Sequence record: SRR31156797_7709
Length of the DNA stretch: 38,926 bases
Direction: 5' to 3' (one strand)
A program made the position numbers and the translations under genes. Under the pieces are notes generated by a model. The model had not been told where the DNA came from and searched no databases. It saw only the letters and a list, made by a program, of their open reading frames with translations. This document shows, piece after piece, positions 1-9,451 of this stretch. How positions within the stretch are numbered: the first letter of the stretch is position 1; the number at the start of each line of letters is the position of its first letter.

Positions 1-1
1 C

Positions 2-1933
2 GGCTGGGATCGTCCCATTCTCTGTGATGAGAAGGTGTTCCAATATGGTGATGCCATCGCAATTGTTTGTGCTGAGACTGAAAAAATTGCAAAAGAAGCT
101 GCCAAGCTTGTCAAGGTCGAGTTGGAGCAACTTCCCGAGTACATGAGTGCCCCGGCAGCAATGGCCGAGGACGCAATGGAGATCCATCCCGGCACTCCTA
201 ATATTTACTATACTCAAAAAATAGCCAAGGGTGATGAGACATCGCCTATTTTTGATGCTGCCGATGTTGTTGTCGAGGGCGACTACTTTACTACCCGTCA
301 GCCGCATCTTCCTATTGAACCGGACGTCGGATTCGCTTACATCGACGATGAAGGGAAGCTCTGCATCCACTCCAAGTCTATCGGATTGCACCTCCACCTG
401 TACATGATTGCTCCTGGTCTTGGCGTGGAGCCAGAAAACATGGTTCTCGTTCAAAATCCAACAGGTGGTACTTTCGGTTATAAATTCAGCCCAACCATGG
501 AAGCCCTTGTTGGCGCCGCAGCTCTTGCCACCGGGCGTCCGGTATATCTTGGATATGACTACTACCAGCAGCAAACCTATACAGGAAAGCGTTCACCCCA
601 GTTCACTACCGTACGTATGGCAGCCACCAAAGACGGGAAACTCCAGGGAATGGAGACCGACTGGACAGTGGATCATGGGCCTTATTCCGAGTTTGGTGAT
701 TTGCTGACCATTCGCGGCGCACAGTACATTGGTGCTGGTTATGATATCCCAGCTATTCGGGGTGAAGGACGGACCGTATGTACTAACCACGCTTGGGGCG
801 CAGCTTTCCGTGGATACGGCGGACCTGAGGCAGAATTTCCATCTGAAGTACTGATGGACGAACTGGCGGAAAAGCTGGATATGGATCCGCTGGAACTGCG
901 TTACAAGAACGTCTATCGTGAAGGGTCTACAACTCCAACAGGGCAGGACCCAGAGGTTTACTCCTTGCCGGAGATGCTCGACAAAATTCGTCCCAAATAC
1001 GAGGCAGCCAAAGAGAAGGCCGCTGCTAATTCAACTGATGCAGTCAAGCGAGGCGTGGGTGTTGCAGTTGGTGTCTATGGTGCTGGGCTTGATGGGCCAG
1101 ACAGCTCAGAAGCAGATGCAGCGCTCAATCCAGATGGCACGGTCACCGTTTTCAATTGTTGGGAGGATCACGGTCAGGGTGCGGATATGGGTACTTTGGG
1201 TACAGCTCACGAAGCTTTGCGTCCCTTGGGTTTGAATCCGGATCAGATTAAGTTAGTCATGAACGATACCAGCAAGGCTCCCAATTCTGGTCCAGCTGGC
1301 GGTAGCCGTAGTCAGGTTATGGCTGGACAAGCAACAAAAAATGCCTGTGAGCTACTCATTGAAGGCATGAGGAAGGCCGACGGTTCTTTCCGGAGCTACG
1401 CCGAAATGGAGGCCGAAGGCCTCGATCTGCGTTACAACGGTAAGTTTACTGCTCCGGCTAGCGATTGCGATGAGAACGGTCAGGGTAAGCCATTCTGCTG
1501 CTACATGTACGGCGTGTTTATGGCTGAGGTCGCCGTGGAACTTGCAACTGGAAAGACCACAGTTGAGAAGATGACCATGGTGGCTGACGTTGGTAAGGTC
1601 AACAACTTCCTGGTGGTTGATGGTCAGATCTATGGTGGTTTAGCGCAGGGTATTGGTTTGGCGCTGACAGAGAACTATGAGGACATCAAGAAGCACTCCA
1701 CCTTAAAGGGTGCAGGATTCCCTTATATTAAGCAGATCCCTGATGATATGGAGATCATGTATGTAGAGACCCCGCGTCCTGACGGCCCCTTTGGTGCGTC
1801 CGGCGTTGGGGAAATCCCACTGTGTGCACCGCACCCAGCAATCATCAATGGAATCTACAAGGCCTGTGGGGTTCGAATCACTGAGCTCCCAGCATTGCCT
1901 GAGAAGGTACTTGCCGGACTGCAGAATAGATAA
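2..1933 (+). CDS. mop: Molybdopterin-dependent aldehyde oxidoreductase (Mop/xanthine oxidase family), 5'-truncated by the window edge
   Basis: Frame is open from position 2 (GWDRPILCDEKVFQY...). Moco-contact motifs GGTFGYK, AFRGYG, HGQG, GGSRS and catalytic GVGE are present. Stop TAA at 1931-1933. Confidence 0.93.
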   Translation, partial: GWDRPILCDEKVFQYGDAIAIVCAETEKIAKEAAKLVKVELEQLPEYMSAPAAMAEDAMEIHPGTPNIYYTQKIAKGDETSPIFDAADVVVEGDYFTTRQPHLPIEPDVGFAYIDDEGKLCIHSKSIGLHLHLYMIAPGLGVEPENMVLVQNPTGGTFGYKFSPTMEALVGAAALATGRPVYLGYDYYQQQTYTGKRSPQFTTVRMAATKDGKLQGMETDWTVDHGPYSEFGDLLTIRGAQYIGAGYDIPAIRGEGRTVCTNHAWGAAFRGYGGPEAEFPSEVLMDELAEKLDMDPLELRYKNVYREGSTTPTGQDPEVYSLPEMLDKIRPKYEAAKEKAAANSTDAVKRGVGVAVGVYGAGLDGPDSSEADAALNPDGTVTVFNCWEDHGQGADMGTLGTAHEALRPLGLNPDQIKLVMNDTSKAPNSGPAGGSRSQVMAGQATKNACELLIEGMRKADGSFRSYAEMEAEGLDLRYNGKFTAPASDCDENGQGKPFCCYMYGVFMAEVAVELATGKTTVEKMTMVADVGKVNNFLVVDGQIYGGLAQGIGLALTENYEDIKKHSTLKGAGFPYIKQIPDDMEIMYVETPRPDGPFGASGVGEIPLCAPHPAIINGIYKACGVRITELPALPEKVLAGLQNR

Positions 1934-1975
1934 ATCGTTCCGCAGCAGGCTGTAGTTATGTAGTTTTCACAACAT

Positions 1976-2013
1976 CCCCCCGGATAGCTTTTCCCCCTCT
2001 GCTATCCGGGGGG
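1976..2013 (+). terminator. GC-rich stem-loop after mop (terminator or mRNA stabiliser)
   Basis: Perfect 13-bp inverted repeat CCCCCCGGATAGC / GCTATCCGGGGGG with a 12-nt loop, followed by a weak T-tract (GTACTTATTT). Confidence 0.65.
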
Positions 2014-2146
2014 GTACTTATTTCAGCTCTAACCAGCATGGCTGGGGCCAACTGAGCCAGCAGTAAGTAGCAATGAAAGGCAGATCTTAGCCAACGATTT
2101 ACGATGAAGTAGATCGGGTTTTATACGAGTTCAGCAAGGAGCAATT

Positions 2147-4417
2147 ATGGAGCAGAAGGAACTGCGGGCATGGGAAGCCCTCTGTATTCAGGAAGAACCA
2201 CCGGCCTGCAGGGCCGGGTGTCCTTTGAATGTTGACGGACGGTCATTTGCCAGTGCCATGGCGAAAGGGCAGTGGAGTTCAGCCAGAGCGATCCTTGAAA
2301 AATCAATGCCCCTGGCTGGCATCATCTCCCGAATCTGTGAAGCTCCATGTGAACAATATTGTCTTAGAAAAGATCTTGGAGGCGCTGTTGCCATCGGTGC
2401 GCTTGAACGTGTCTGTGTCGATAATGCTCCAGTGCGGAGAAAGGCGTTTCGTTTGCCTCCTCGTCCTAAAAAAGTAATCACCGTCGGCGGCGGACCATCC
2501 AGCCTGACGGCAGCCTTTGACTTGGCGAAAAAGGGATATCCAGTCACGGTTTATTTTGCTGGTCAAAAACCGGGAGGATCCTTTAATAATTTCCCTGAGG
2601 AAATACTGCCTCAAACTGTAGTTGAGGAAGAGCTGAACTATTTGGAAAAACTCGGCGTCGCTTTTCGCCCACTTGAAAATTTCACTCTAGATTGTATTGC
2701 CTCAGCAGACAGCATCTATGTCGGTCAAGATGACATCTTGCCCGAAATACTCACTGTTACAATTCAAAAGCCAGACAGCGAGACCTTCGCCCTTGCTGAG
2801 CCAGGTTGGTTTTCCGGAGGAATGAGCGGCAAAGAGTATCGCTATCAGCACATAGCCAACATCTCTGAAGGAAGGCAGGCAGCAATTTCTATAGATCGCT
2901 ATTTACAGAATGCCTCGTTGATCTCTGGCCGGGCTGCCCTCAGAAACGGCAAAACCAAGCTGTACACCCGAACCGACCACATTCCTCCCCTTCCAAGAAA
3001 AGTACCGGTATCTGACGCCGGCTATACCCTTGATGAAGCAATAGAAGAGGCTGCACGATGCATTGATTGTCAATGCCTGGAATGCGTTACCCACTGTCAG
3101 TATCTCGAAGATTTCAACGCTTTTCCCAGGGTATATGCCAGGCAAATCTATAATAACTCTGCCATTGTTAAGGGTACCCACATGGCGAATACACTTATCA
3201 ATTCCTGTTCGCTGTGCAGACAGTGTGAGGAGGTATGCCCTAATGATTTTTCCATGGCTGACCTTTGTCTTCAGGCACGGCAAACCATGGTCCGTGAAGA
3301 CCGGATGCCGCCTTCGGCACACTGGTTTGCTCTTGAGGAAATGCACTCTGCCAGGACAGAAGGTTCGCTTGTGCGGCATGCACCTGGCACAGAGGCGAGT
3401 AATGTTCTGTTTTTTCCTGGCTGTCAACTGGGAGGGATTCGGCCGGAACAGACTCTACGTTTGTACGAACAGTTACTTGAGCTTCAACCCCTGACAGGGA
3501 TCTGGCTCGACTGTTGCGGGGCTCCAGCGCATTGGGCTGGCAGGGAGGAGGAGTTTGTAGGAATTATTAAACAGGTGGAAAAGGTTTGGCAGGAAATGGG
3601 TCGACCTCGGGTTGTGACGGCTTGTTCGACTTGTCTGAAAATGTTTCGAGATCACTTACCTGCAGTGGCAGTGGTGTCTGCATGGCGTGTACTTGCTGAG
3701 CATGTTTCTGATGATGGTGTTTTTGTGGAAGCCGTGGCGATTTCCGATCCATGTACAGCCAGAGACGATACAGAGACCAGAGCAGCGGTGCGAACATTGC
3801 TGGAAAGTCTTGGTCGGGTGGATGCACCTTTTCCCATGTCCGGGCAGTTAACCGAGTGTTGCGGCTTTGGTGGCCTGATGGACTGCGCCAATCCAGAGCA
3901 GGCACGCCAAGTGGCAGAAGCAAGGGTGGCCCAGACAGATGCTGAGATTGTCACCTACTGCGCCATGTGTCGTGATCAACTGGCGAGGACCGGCAAACCT
4001 GTTTCTCATATCCTTGACCTGCTGTTTAGTGATTTGGCCCATTCCGCAGAGGAGAGACCGCAGTCTATTTCAGCCAGAAGGGTAAATCGACGTCAGCTCA
4101 AATCAGCGCTGCTTAGCAGGTACTCACCTGAAGAACAGGAAGGCAAGGCAGCTTGGGAAGAGCTGGCGCTGATGATACCTGAAAAAGTGGCTGTCATGAT
4201 GGAAGAACGAAGAATCCTGGAAGACGACATCCGTAAAGTGCTCTTTGCCGTAGCAAGTGGTGGGCAGCGGTTTATTCACGATGAAAGTGGCCTTGCGGTT
4301 GCCTCTGGTGTTTTGGGCGCGGTCACTTTTTGGGTGGAATATGCAGTGGAAGAAGATCTTTACCGACTGGAACGCTGCTGGAGTCATCGAATGGTGATCA
4401 GGGGAGATAAGGCATGA
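2147..4417 (+). CDS. Multidomain Fe-S oxidoreductase: GltD/DPD-like N-terminal clusters, degenerate Rossmann fold, 4Fe-4S dicluster and CCG domains (DVU_1558-like)
   Basis: RBS AGGAG. Motifs PACRAGCP, ICEAPCEQYC, GGGPSS, CIDCQCLECVTHC, CSLCRQCEEVCP, then FPGC / CCG / ACSTC and DPC / CCGFGG / YCAMC. Confidence 0.85.
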   Translation: MEQKELRAWEALCIQEEPPACRAGCPLNVDGRSFASAMAKGQWSSARAILEKSMPLAGIISRICEAPCEQYCLRKDLGGAVAIGALERVCVDNAPVRRKAFRLPPRPKKVITVGGGPSSLTAAFDLAKKGYPVTVYFAGQKPGGSFNNFPEEILPQTVVEEELNYLEKLGVAFRPLENFTLDCIASADSIYVGQDDILPEILTVTIQKPDSETFALAEPGWFSGGMSGKEYRYQHIANISEGRQAAISIDRYLQNASLISGRAALRNGKTKLYTRTDHIPPLPRKVPVSDAGYTLDEAIEEAARCIDCQCLECVTHCQYLEDFNAFPRVYARQIYNNSAIVKGTHMANTLINSCSLCRQCEEVCPNDFSMADLCLQARQTMVREDRMPPSAHWFALEEMHSARTEGSLVRHAPGTEASNVLFFPGCQLGGIRPEQTLRLYEQLLELQPLTGIWLDCCGAPAHWAGREEEFVGIIKQVEKVWQEMGRPRVVTACSTCLKMFRDHLPAVAVVSAWRVLAEHVSDDGVFVEAVAISDPCTARDDTETRAAVRTLLESLGRVDAPFPMSGQLTECCGFGGLMDCANPEQARQVAEARVAQTDAEIVTYCAMCRDQLARTGKPVSHILDLLFSDLAHSAEERPQSISARRVNRRQLKSALLSRYSPEEQEGKAAWEELALMIPEKVAVMMEERRILEDDIRKVLFAVASGGQRFIHDESGLAVASGVLGAVTFWVEYAVEEDLYRLERCWSHRMVIRGDKA

Positions 4418-4623
4418 ATCTGAGTTTTATACCTGCAGACATGAACTGGACTTGCCAGCCTTGTGGAGAAAAGCTGGAGCCAGGAGTGGTTGAGTTGGAC
4501 TACATGGGCAATGTGTTCAAAGTGGAGCTGCCTGTGTGTCCCAAATGTTCGGCTGTGCTTATTTCTGAAGATCTGGCCATGGGCAGGATGTTGGAAGTAG
4601 AGCAATTGCTGGAGGACAAATGA
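4414..4623 (+). CDS. Small CxxC...CxxC metal-binding/redox protein (DVU_1557-like)
   Basis: 69 aa with CQPC and CPKC. ATGA overlaps with both neighbouring genes. Confidence 0.82.
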   Translation: MNLSFIPADMNWTCQPCGEKLEPGVVELDYMGNVFKVELPVCPKCSAVLISEDLAMGRMLEVEQLLEDK

Positions 4624-5330
4624 AGCCACTGTACTTGGCTGATTGTGTCCGTGAAGTTTTAGGTAAAAGTTTACGACCAGGAGGCGAGGCGCTCACTCGA
4701 CGAATGATGGAGCTGGTTCGCCTCACAACGGGAGATATGGTACTTGATGTGGGTTGTGGTGCCGGGACCAGTATGAGGTTGTTGCGCAAAAAAGATGCAT
4801 GTCGGGTTGTTGGGGTTGATTTCGATTACGGGCTGGCAACAGAGGCTCATAACAGCGGATTAGCCGTTGCCCAGGCCGATATGGCGCAGTTACCGTTGTT
4901 AACCGGTACGATAGATAGGGTACTATGTGAATGTGCTTGGAATCTCACTGATAAAAAACAATCGTTGGCAGAAATTGTTAGGGTGCTGCGTCCCGGAGGT
5001 CTGCTGGCACTCAGTGATATTTATCTTCGTAACCTGGAAGGCGCACACGGCAAGAGCGTATGGCCCAATCGCTCCTGTTTTTTCCAGGCAACTGATCTGG
5101 AAACTGTCCGGGAAGTGGTGAGTAAGGCAGGACTTGAAATTTTGAAACTGGAAGATCACAGTTTGCTTCTTAAAAGAACTGCGGCGGAGTTTGTCTTTGT
5201 TCATGGATCCTTGCAGGGATTTTGGGAGTCTGTCATGGGCGATAGCAAACGGGCAAAGGCGGTTTGTGCAGCTTCAGCAGCTGCCAGGCCTGGCCTATTT
5301 TTGCTTATTGGACAAAGGAAGAAAGCATGA
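4620..5330 (+). CDS. Class I SAM-dependent methyltransferase (DVU_1556-like)
   Basis: LRPGG at the N-terminus, motif I VLDVGCGAG, and EIVRVLRPGG. Confidence 0.88.
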   Translation: MKPLYLADCVREVLGKSLRPGGEALTRRMMELVRLTTGDMVLDVGCGAGTSMRLLRKKDACRVVGVDFDYGLATEAHNSGLAVAQADMAQLPLLTGTIDRVLCECAWNLTDKKQSLAEIVRVLRPGGLLALSDIYLRNLEGAHGKSVWPNRSCFFQATDLETVREVVSKAGLEILKLEDHSLLLKRTAAEFVFVHGSLQGFWESVMGDSKRAKAVCAASAAARPGLFLLIGQRKKA

Positions 5331-5761
5331 ATGAATATGATGTTGATATCCTGCGGCTTGCTGGTCAGGGGTACTGCTGCGCGCAGATAGTCGTGCAGCT
5401 TGCCTTAGAGTTGCAGGGTAAAGAAAACAAGGGGCTCGTTCGTGCCATGGCATCTCAGTGCCATGGCTTTCCAGATAACAGAGGTACTTGTGGGGCGTTG
5501 ACTGGAGCAGCATGCGTACTTGCTTATTATGCAGGTAAAGGGGGGGCTGATGAGGAAGAGCATGAGCGGTTTCCCTTGATGCTTGCAGAACTTGGCGATT
5601 GGTTTGAGCGTCAATACGCATCGCTTTATGGTGGTATCGCTTGCAGTGACATTGTTGATGATGGGAAAGCGGATACCACTGTTTGCGGAGGGCTCGTTTC
5701 AGCGTGTTTTGGTCAGGCAATGACGATTCTAGTGGAGAACGGCTTTGACCCGGAAGGCTGA
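5327..5761 (+). CDS. C-GCAxxG-C-C family putative redox protein (DVU_1555-like)
   Basis: Start re-assigned to ATG 5327 (ATGA overlap with the upstream stop). Motifs GYCCAQ, GTCGALTGA, IAC and VCGG. Confidence 0.85.
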   Translation: MNEYDVDILRLAGQGYCCAQIVVQLALELQGKENKGLVRAMASQCHGFPDNRGTCGALTGAACVLAYYAGKGGADEEEHERFPLMLAELGDWFERQYASLYGGIACSDIVDDGKADTTVCGGLVSACFGQAMTILVENGFDPEG

Positions 5762-5762
5762 A

Positions 5763-7124
5763 ATGGATTTTAAAAATTTCCAACAGGTTGAGAGTGTTTG
5801 CCCGGTGTGCCTGGAACGGATACCAGGGCAGCTGGTCGGGCGCGGAGAGTCTGTCTTTTTAGAAAAAAGCTGTCCGGAGCATGGTCCTTTTTCTGCCACG
5901 GTCTGGAAGGGAGAACCAGCATTTTCTTCCTGGTTCAGGCCTAAAATTCCTTATTATGGCGGCAAGCGAGAGCAAACAGGAAAGGGTTGTCCTTTTGATT
6001 GCGGGCTCTGTGAACGCCATACCCAGCGAACCTGTACCGCGCTGGTGGAGATAACCTCGCGCTGCAATCTAAACTGTCCTGTCTGTTTTGCCGACAGCGG
6101 TAAAGGTTCTGATCTTGATCTGGATACTCTAACCCGGATGTTTGCATCTATAATGACGAGGACAGGTGGGTGCAACCTGCAGCTCTCAGGAGGAGAGCCA
6201 ACGGTCCATAACGATTTGGAGCGTATTGTTGGATTAGCCCAAGAGGCGGGCTTTACTTTTATTCAACTGAATACCAACGGTATCCGACTGGCCGATGATC
6301 CGCAGCTTTCGTTTCGACTCAAAAGAGCTGGGCTTTCGTCGGTCTTTTTGCAGTTTGACGGTGTGGATGACAAGGTCTTCCGCTCGCTTCGCGGGCGTGA
6401 ACTTTTTGCCAGCAAGTGCAGGGCAATAGAGAACCTGGCTGATGCCGGTATCGGGATTGTACTGGTACCGACCATCGTGCGTGATGTGAATATGGAGCAG
6501 CTCTGGGAAATCGTTCGATTTGGTATGGAACGTCAGCCCCATGTACGAGGCGTGCATTTTCAGCCAATGAGTTATTTTGGGAGATTTCCCGTCGATTTTG
6601 TGCCCGATCATGTAACCCTTCCTGAGGTGATGAGCGGTTTAGCTCTGCAGAGCGATAGTATGCTGCATGTTGAAGATTTTCGCCCTCCTGGATGTGAGCA
6701 TGCCCTTTGCTCATTTTCGGCCAAGTATATCCAACAGGATGATGGTCGCCTGATGCGCCTAGGAACTAATAGCTGTGATTGTACGCCCGTGCCTGCAGAG
6801 CAAGGTGCTTTGACTTCAATTGGGGTAACTGCCAGGCAGTGGGCAGGAGTTGTCAAGGAATCCGGCGGCCCGTCTGGACAGCCCGTTGATGAACTTGAAC
6901 GTTTTCTACAACGAGCCAGGACCCATACTTTTTCAATTTCAGGCATGGCCTTTCAGGACTGTTGGTCTCTGAATCTTGAGCGGTTGCAGGGGTGCTGTAT
7001 ACATGTGGCCAGACCTGATGGCCAGCTTATCCCCTTTTGCAGTTTCAACCTCACTGCTTGCGATGGGACTTCTCTCCATCGTCCTTCCCTGAACCTTCTT
7101 CATCCAGGGCAGAAAGATGAATGA
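5763..7124 (+). CDS. Radical SAM enzyme, MJ0619/tetraether-synthase-like superfamily (TrsS-type)
   Basis: CNLNCPVC (CxxxCxxC) and SGGEPT. Also N-terminal SVCPVC...CPEHG and GCPFDCGLCERH, and C-terminal GCCIHV...IPFC. Likely start ATG 5763. Confidence 0.88.
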   Translation: MDFKNFQQVESVCPVCLERIPGQLVGRGESVFLEKSCPEHGPFSATVWKGEPAFSSWFRPKIPYYGGKREQTGKGCPFDCGLCERHTQRTCTALVEITSRCNLNCPVCFADSGKGSDLDLDTLTRMFASIMTRTGGCNLQLSGGEPTVHNDLERIVGLAQEAGFTFIQLNTNGIRLADDPQLSFRLKRAGLSSVFLQFDGVDDKVFRSLRGRELFASKCRAIENLADAGIGIVLVPTIVRDVNMEQLWEIVRFGMERQPHVRGVHFQPMSYFGRFPVDFVPDHVTLPEVMSGLALQSDSMLHVEDFRPPGCEHALCSFSAKYIQQDDGRLMRLGTNSCDCTPVPAEQGALTSIGVTARQWAGVVKESGGPSGQPVDELERFLQRARTHTFSISGMAFQDCWSLNLERLQGCCIHVARPDGQLIPFCSFNLTACDGTSLHRPSLNLLHPGQKDE

Positions 7125-8454
7125 GCGGCCCATTCAGACACCGGTAGATTCCCTGGTTGGACGTCGGTTGGCTATCCATGGGGTGATGGGAAGAAAAGAG
7201 CTGGAACAGGCTCAAATGAAGGCATTGCGCAGTACACTCCACTATGCTTTAGAGCATAGTGGCTATTACCAGGAACAGCTTGCCGGTTGTGATCCCCAAC
7301 AAATAAAGAGCTACTGTGATCTTGAGGGGATTCCTTTTCTCACACCTTCTGCTATCTCCAAACAGGGGCACCGGTTGCTCTGTGTTTCCCAAAGTCGCAT
7401 TGCCAGAGTGGTGACCCTGCAAACCTCTGGCAGTACAGGTGTGCCGAAACGGTTTTCTTTTAGCACAGATGACTTGGAGGCTACTTCTGATTTTTTCCTG
7501 CACGGAATGCGCACTTTCGTGAATGAGGAAGATCGGGTGCTGGTCCTGTTGCCCTACCAACAGCCTGCCAGTGTTGGTGAACTGCTTATCGCTGCACTTA
7601 TCGGTGGTGGAATTCATGCAGAGGGCATGTGGCCGCCACCGATTACCGGTCCGGAGTTGCCAAAGCAGATACGAGAGGGCCGTATAACCTGTGTGGTCGG
7701 TTTGCCCCAACATCTTCTGGCTGTGTCGAGCTTGGTTGCTTTTGGGCAGTTGACGTCGATGTTGCTCTGTTCCGATTATGCCTCCCCAGCATTGCGCAGT
7801 CGTATTGAAGATAACTGCGGCTGCCGTACCTATCTCCATTACGGTACTACTGAGTCTGGGCTGGGGGGAGGTGTGGAGTGCCTGTTGCATGCCGGATGTC
7901 ATATTCGGGAATCAGATCTCTTGGTGGAGATCATTGATCCGCACACTGGTCGGCAGCAGTCCGATGGTAAAGCCGGAGAAGTGGTATTGACCACCCTTGG
8001 CCGGGAAGCAATGGCGCTGATACGATATCGTACTGGGGATATTGCTGTCCTGGATCGGTCAACCTGTGCCTGTGGAGGAGTGACTGCCAGGCTTCGTTCA
8101 ATACGTGGACGGATGGCTGGTTGTTTGCTGCCTTCCGGTGTCCTCCTGCACAGTCAGGATATGGATGACTATCTTTTTCAGGTACCAGGACTTCTTGATT
8201 ACCGGGTGCGCTTGGGCCGTGGCAGGGTGGATCAACTGCATATTGATTATATGGTAGTTCCGGGATTCATGGAGATTGTTGGCGAGCTTATGGCTATGAC
8301 AGCCAAGATCCCTGCCATCCGTGATAATCTTGTCAACGGCAACCTGGTACTGGGAATATTTAAACAGGTCGAATCTTTTGCGGCCATTCATACACTCAAA
8401 CGAACTCTTATCGATCAACGCACAGCTGGAGAATTATATGCGGTATGTTCTTGA
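7117..8454 (+). CDS. PaaK-like AMP-dependent CoA ligase (DVU_1553-like)
   Basis: P-loop TSGSTG, HYGTTE and IRYRTGD adenylate-forming motifs. Confidence 0.87.
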   Translation: MNERPIQTPVDSLVGRRLAIHGVMGRKELEQAQMKALRSTLHYALEHSGYYQEQLAGCDPQQIKSYCDLEGIPFLTPSAISKQGHRLLCVSQSRIARVVTLQTSGSTGVPKRFSFSTDDLEATSDFFLHGMRTFVNEEDRVLVLLPYQQPASVGELLIAALIGGGIHAEGMWPPPITGPELPKQIREGRITCVVGLPQHLLAVSSLVAFGQLTSMLLCSDYASPALRSRIEDNCGCRTYLHYGTTESGLGGGVECLLHAGCHIRESDLLVEIIDPHTGRQQSDGKAGEVVLTTLGREAMALIRYRTGDIAVLDRSTCACGGVTARLRSIRGRMAGCLLPSGVLLHSQDMDDYLFQVPGLLDYRVRLGRGRVDQLHIDYMVVPGFMEIVGELMAMTAKIPAIRDNLVNGNLVLGIFKQVESFAAIHTLKRTLIDQRTAGELYAVCS

Positions 8455-9451
8455 TAAACTCATTGAAACCCTTGAGCAGGGAGAGCCTGCAGTATTAGGC
8501 GCTATAGTTAAAAGTTCAGGATCTGCTCCGAGAACTTCTGGTGCCCGTATGCTGGTCCTGGCAGATGGCACCCTTGTCGGCAGTGTTGGTGGCGGCAGTG
8601 TTGAAGGGAACTGTCACGCAGAGGCTCGGAAGTTGCTGGCCAATGGTCATAATTATAAAGAGGTGAAATGTGATTTAAGTGCAGCTGATGCAGCCGAATC
8701 AGGGATGGTTTGTGGTGGCGCTGTTTGTGTTCTGCTGCAGAAGGTGGTGCCCCAAGCTGTTGAGCAGTTCCGGCAACTGCGTCATTGTTATCAAAATGGA
8801 TCGCGACCTTTGCTGGTTACCCAGCTGCCAGCTGCTGATTCACCGCCGCAATTGATGACACTGGGTATCGGAAAGGATGATGAGGTTCCTAGTGTGCTCC
8901 GAGAGAAGGCTTTAGCTAAGAAGAAACGGGTTTCATTTATCGTAAGCCATGCAGGGAATGATTTTTTTATAGAGCCCATGGTCAAGCAGGGTACCGTGCA
9001 TCTGGCAGGGGCTGGTCATGTGGCGCTTGCGACGGCGCATCTTGCATCCTATGTGGGGTTTGAGGTCATTGTCATGGATGATCGGGATGAGTTTGCAAAT
9101 AAAGAGCGGTATCCCCAGGCGAAAAAGGTGCGGGTTCTGGAGGGATTTGATGCTTGTTTCTCAGAGCTTGGGCCTGATGATTATGTGGTGATTGTTACCC
9201 GCGGCCACCAATATGATAGGGATGTCCTGGCCCAGGCATTACTGACCGATGCAGGATATATCGGAATGATAGGCAGCAGCAGTAAACGAAAGGCCACCTA
9301 TGCTTCCCTTTTGAGATCAGGGTTCACTGAATTTGATCTGGAGCGTGTTCACAGTCCCATCGGACTCTCCATTGGCTCTGATACTCCCCAGGAAATCGGC
9401 ATGAGCATTGTGGCAGAGCTGGTACAGTTCCGTGCGGCAATGAATCAATGA
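8438..9451 (+). CDS. xdhC: XdhC/CoxI family Moco insertion chaperone
   Basis: Start re-assigned to ATG 8438 (GGAGA RBS). Motifs GSAPR..GARM, GSVGGG, GMVCGG, GAGHV, VTRGH, YIGMIGS and PIGL. Confidence 0.9.
   Translation: MRYVLDKLIETLEQGEPAVLGAIVKSSGSAPRTSGARMLVLADGTLVGSVGGGSVEGNCHAEARKLLANGHNYKEVKCDLSAADAAESGMVCGGAVCVLLQKVVPQAVEQFRQLRHCYQNGSRPLLVTQLPAADSPPQLMTLGIGKDDEVPSVLREKALAKKKRVSFIVSHAGNDFFIEPMVKQGTVHLAGAGHVALATAHLASYVGFEVIVMDDRDEFANKERYPQAKKVRVLEGFDACFSELGPDDYVVIVTRGHQYDRDVLAQALLTDAGYIGMIGSSSKRKATYASLLRSGFTEFDLERVHSPIGLSIGSDTPQEIGMSIVAELVQFRAAMNQ

Noticed and set aside
5759-5773. Possible selenocysteine read-through of the TGA ending the C-GCAxxG-C-C gene
   Set aside because: An in-frame TAA follows after three codons, the next gene starts at 5763, and the TGA is not at a Cys-motif position.
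7249-7902. 217-aa antisense ORF, and similar shadow ORFs such as 9654-10253, 26229-26762 and 30870-31412
   Set aside because: They lie wholly or mostly on well-supported genes of the opposite strand and show no recognisable motifs.
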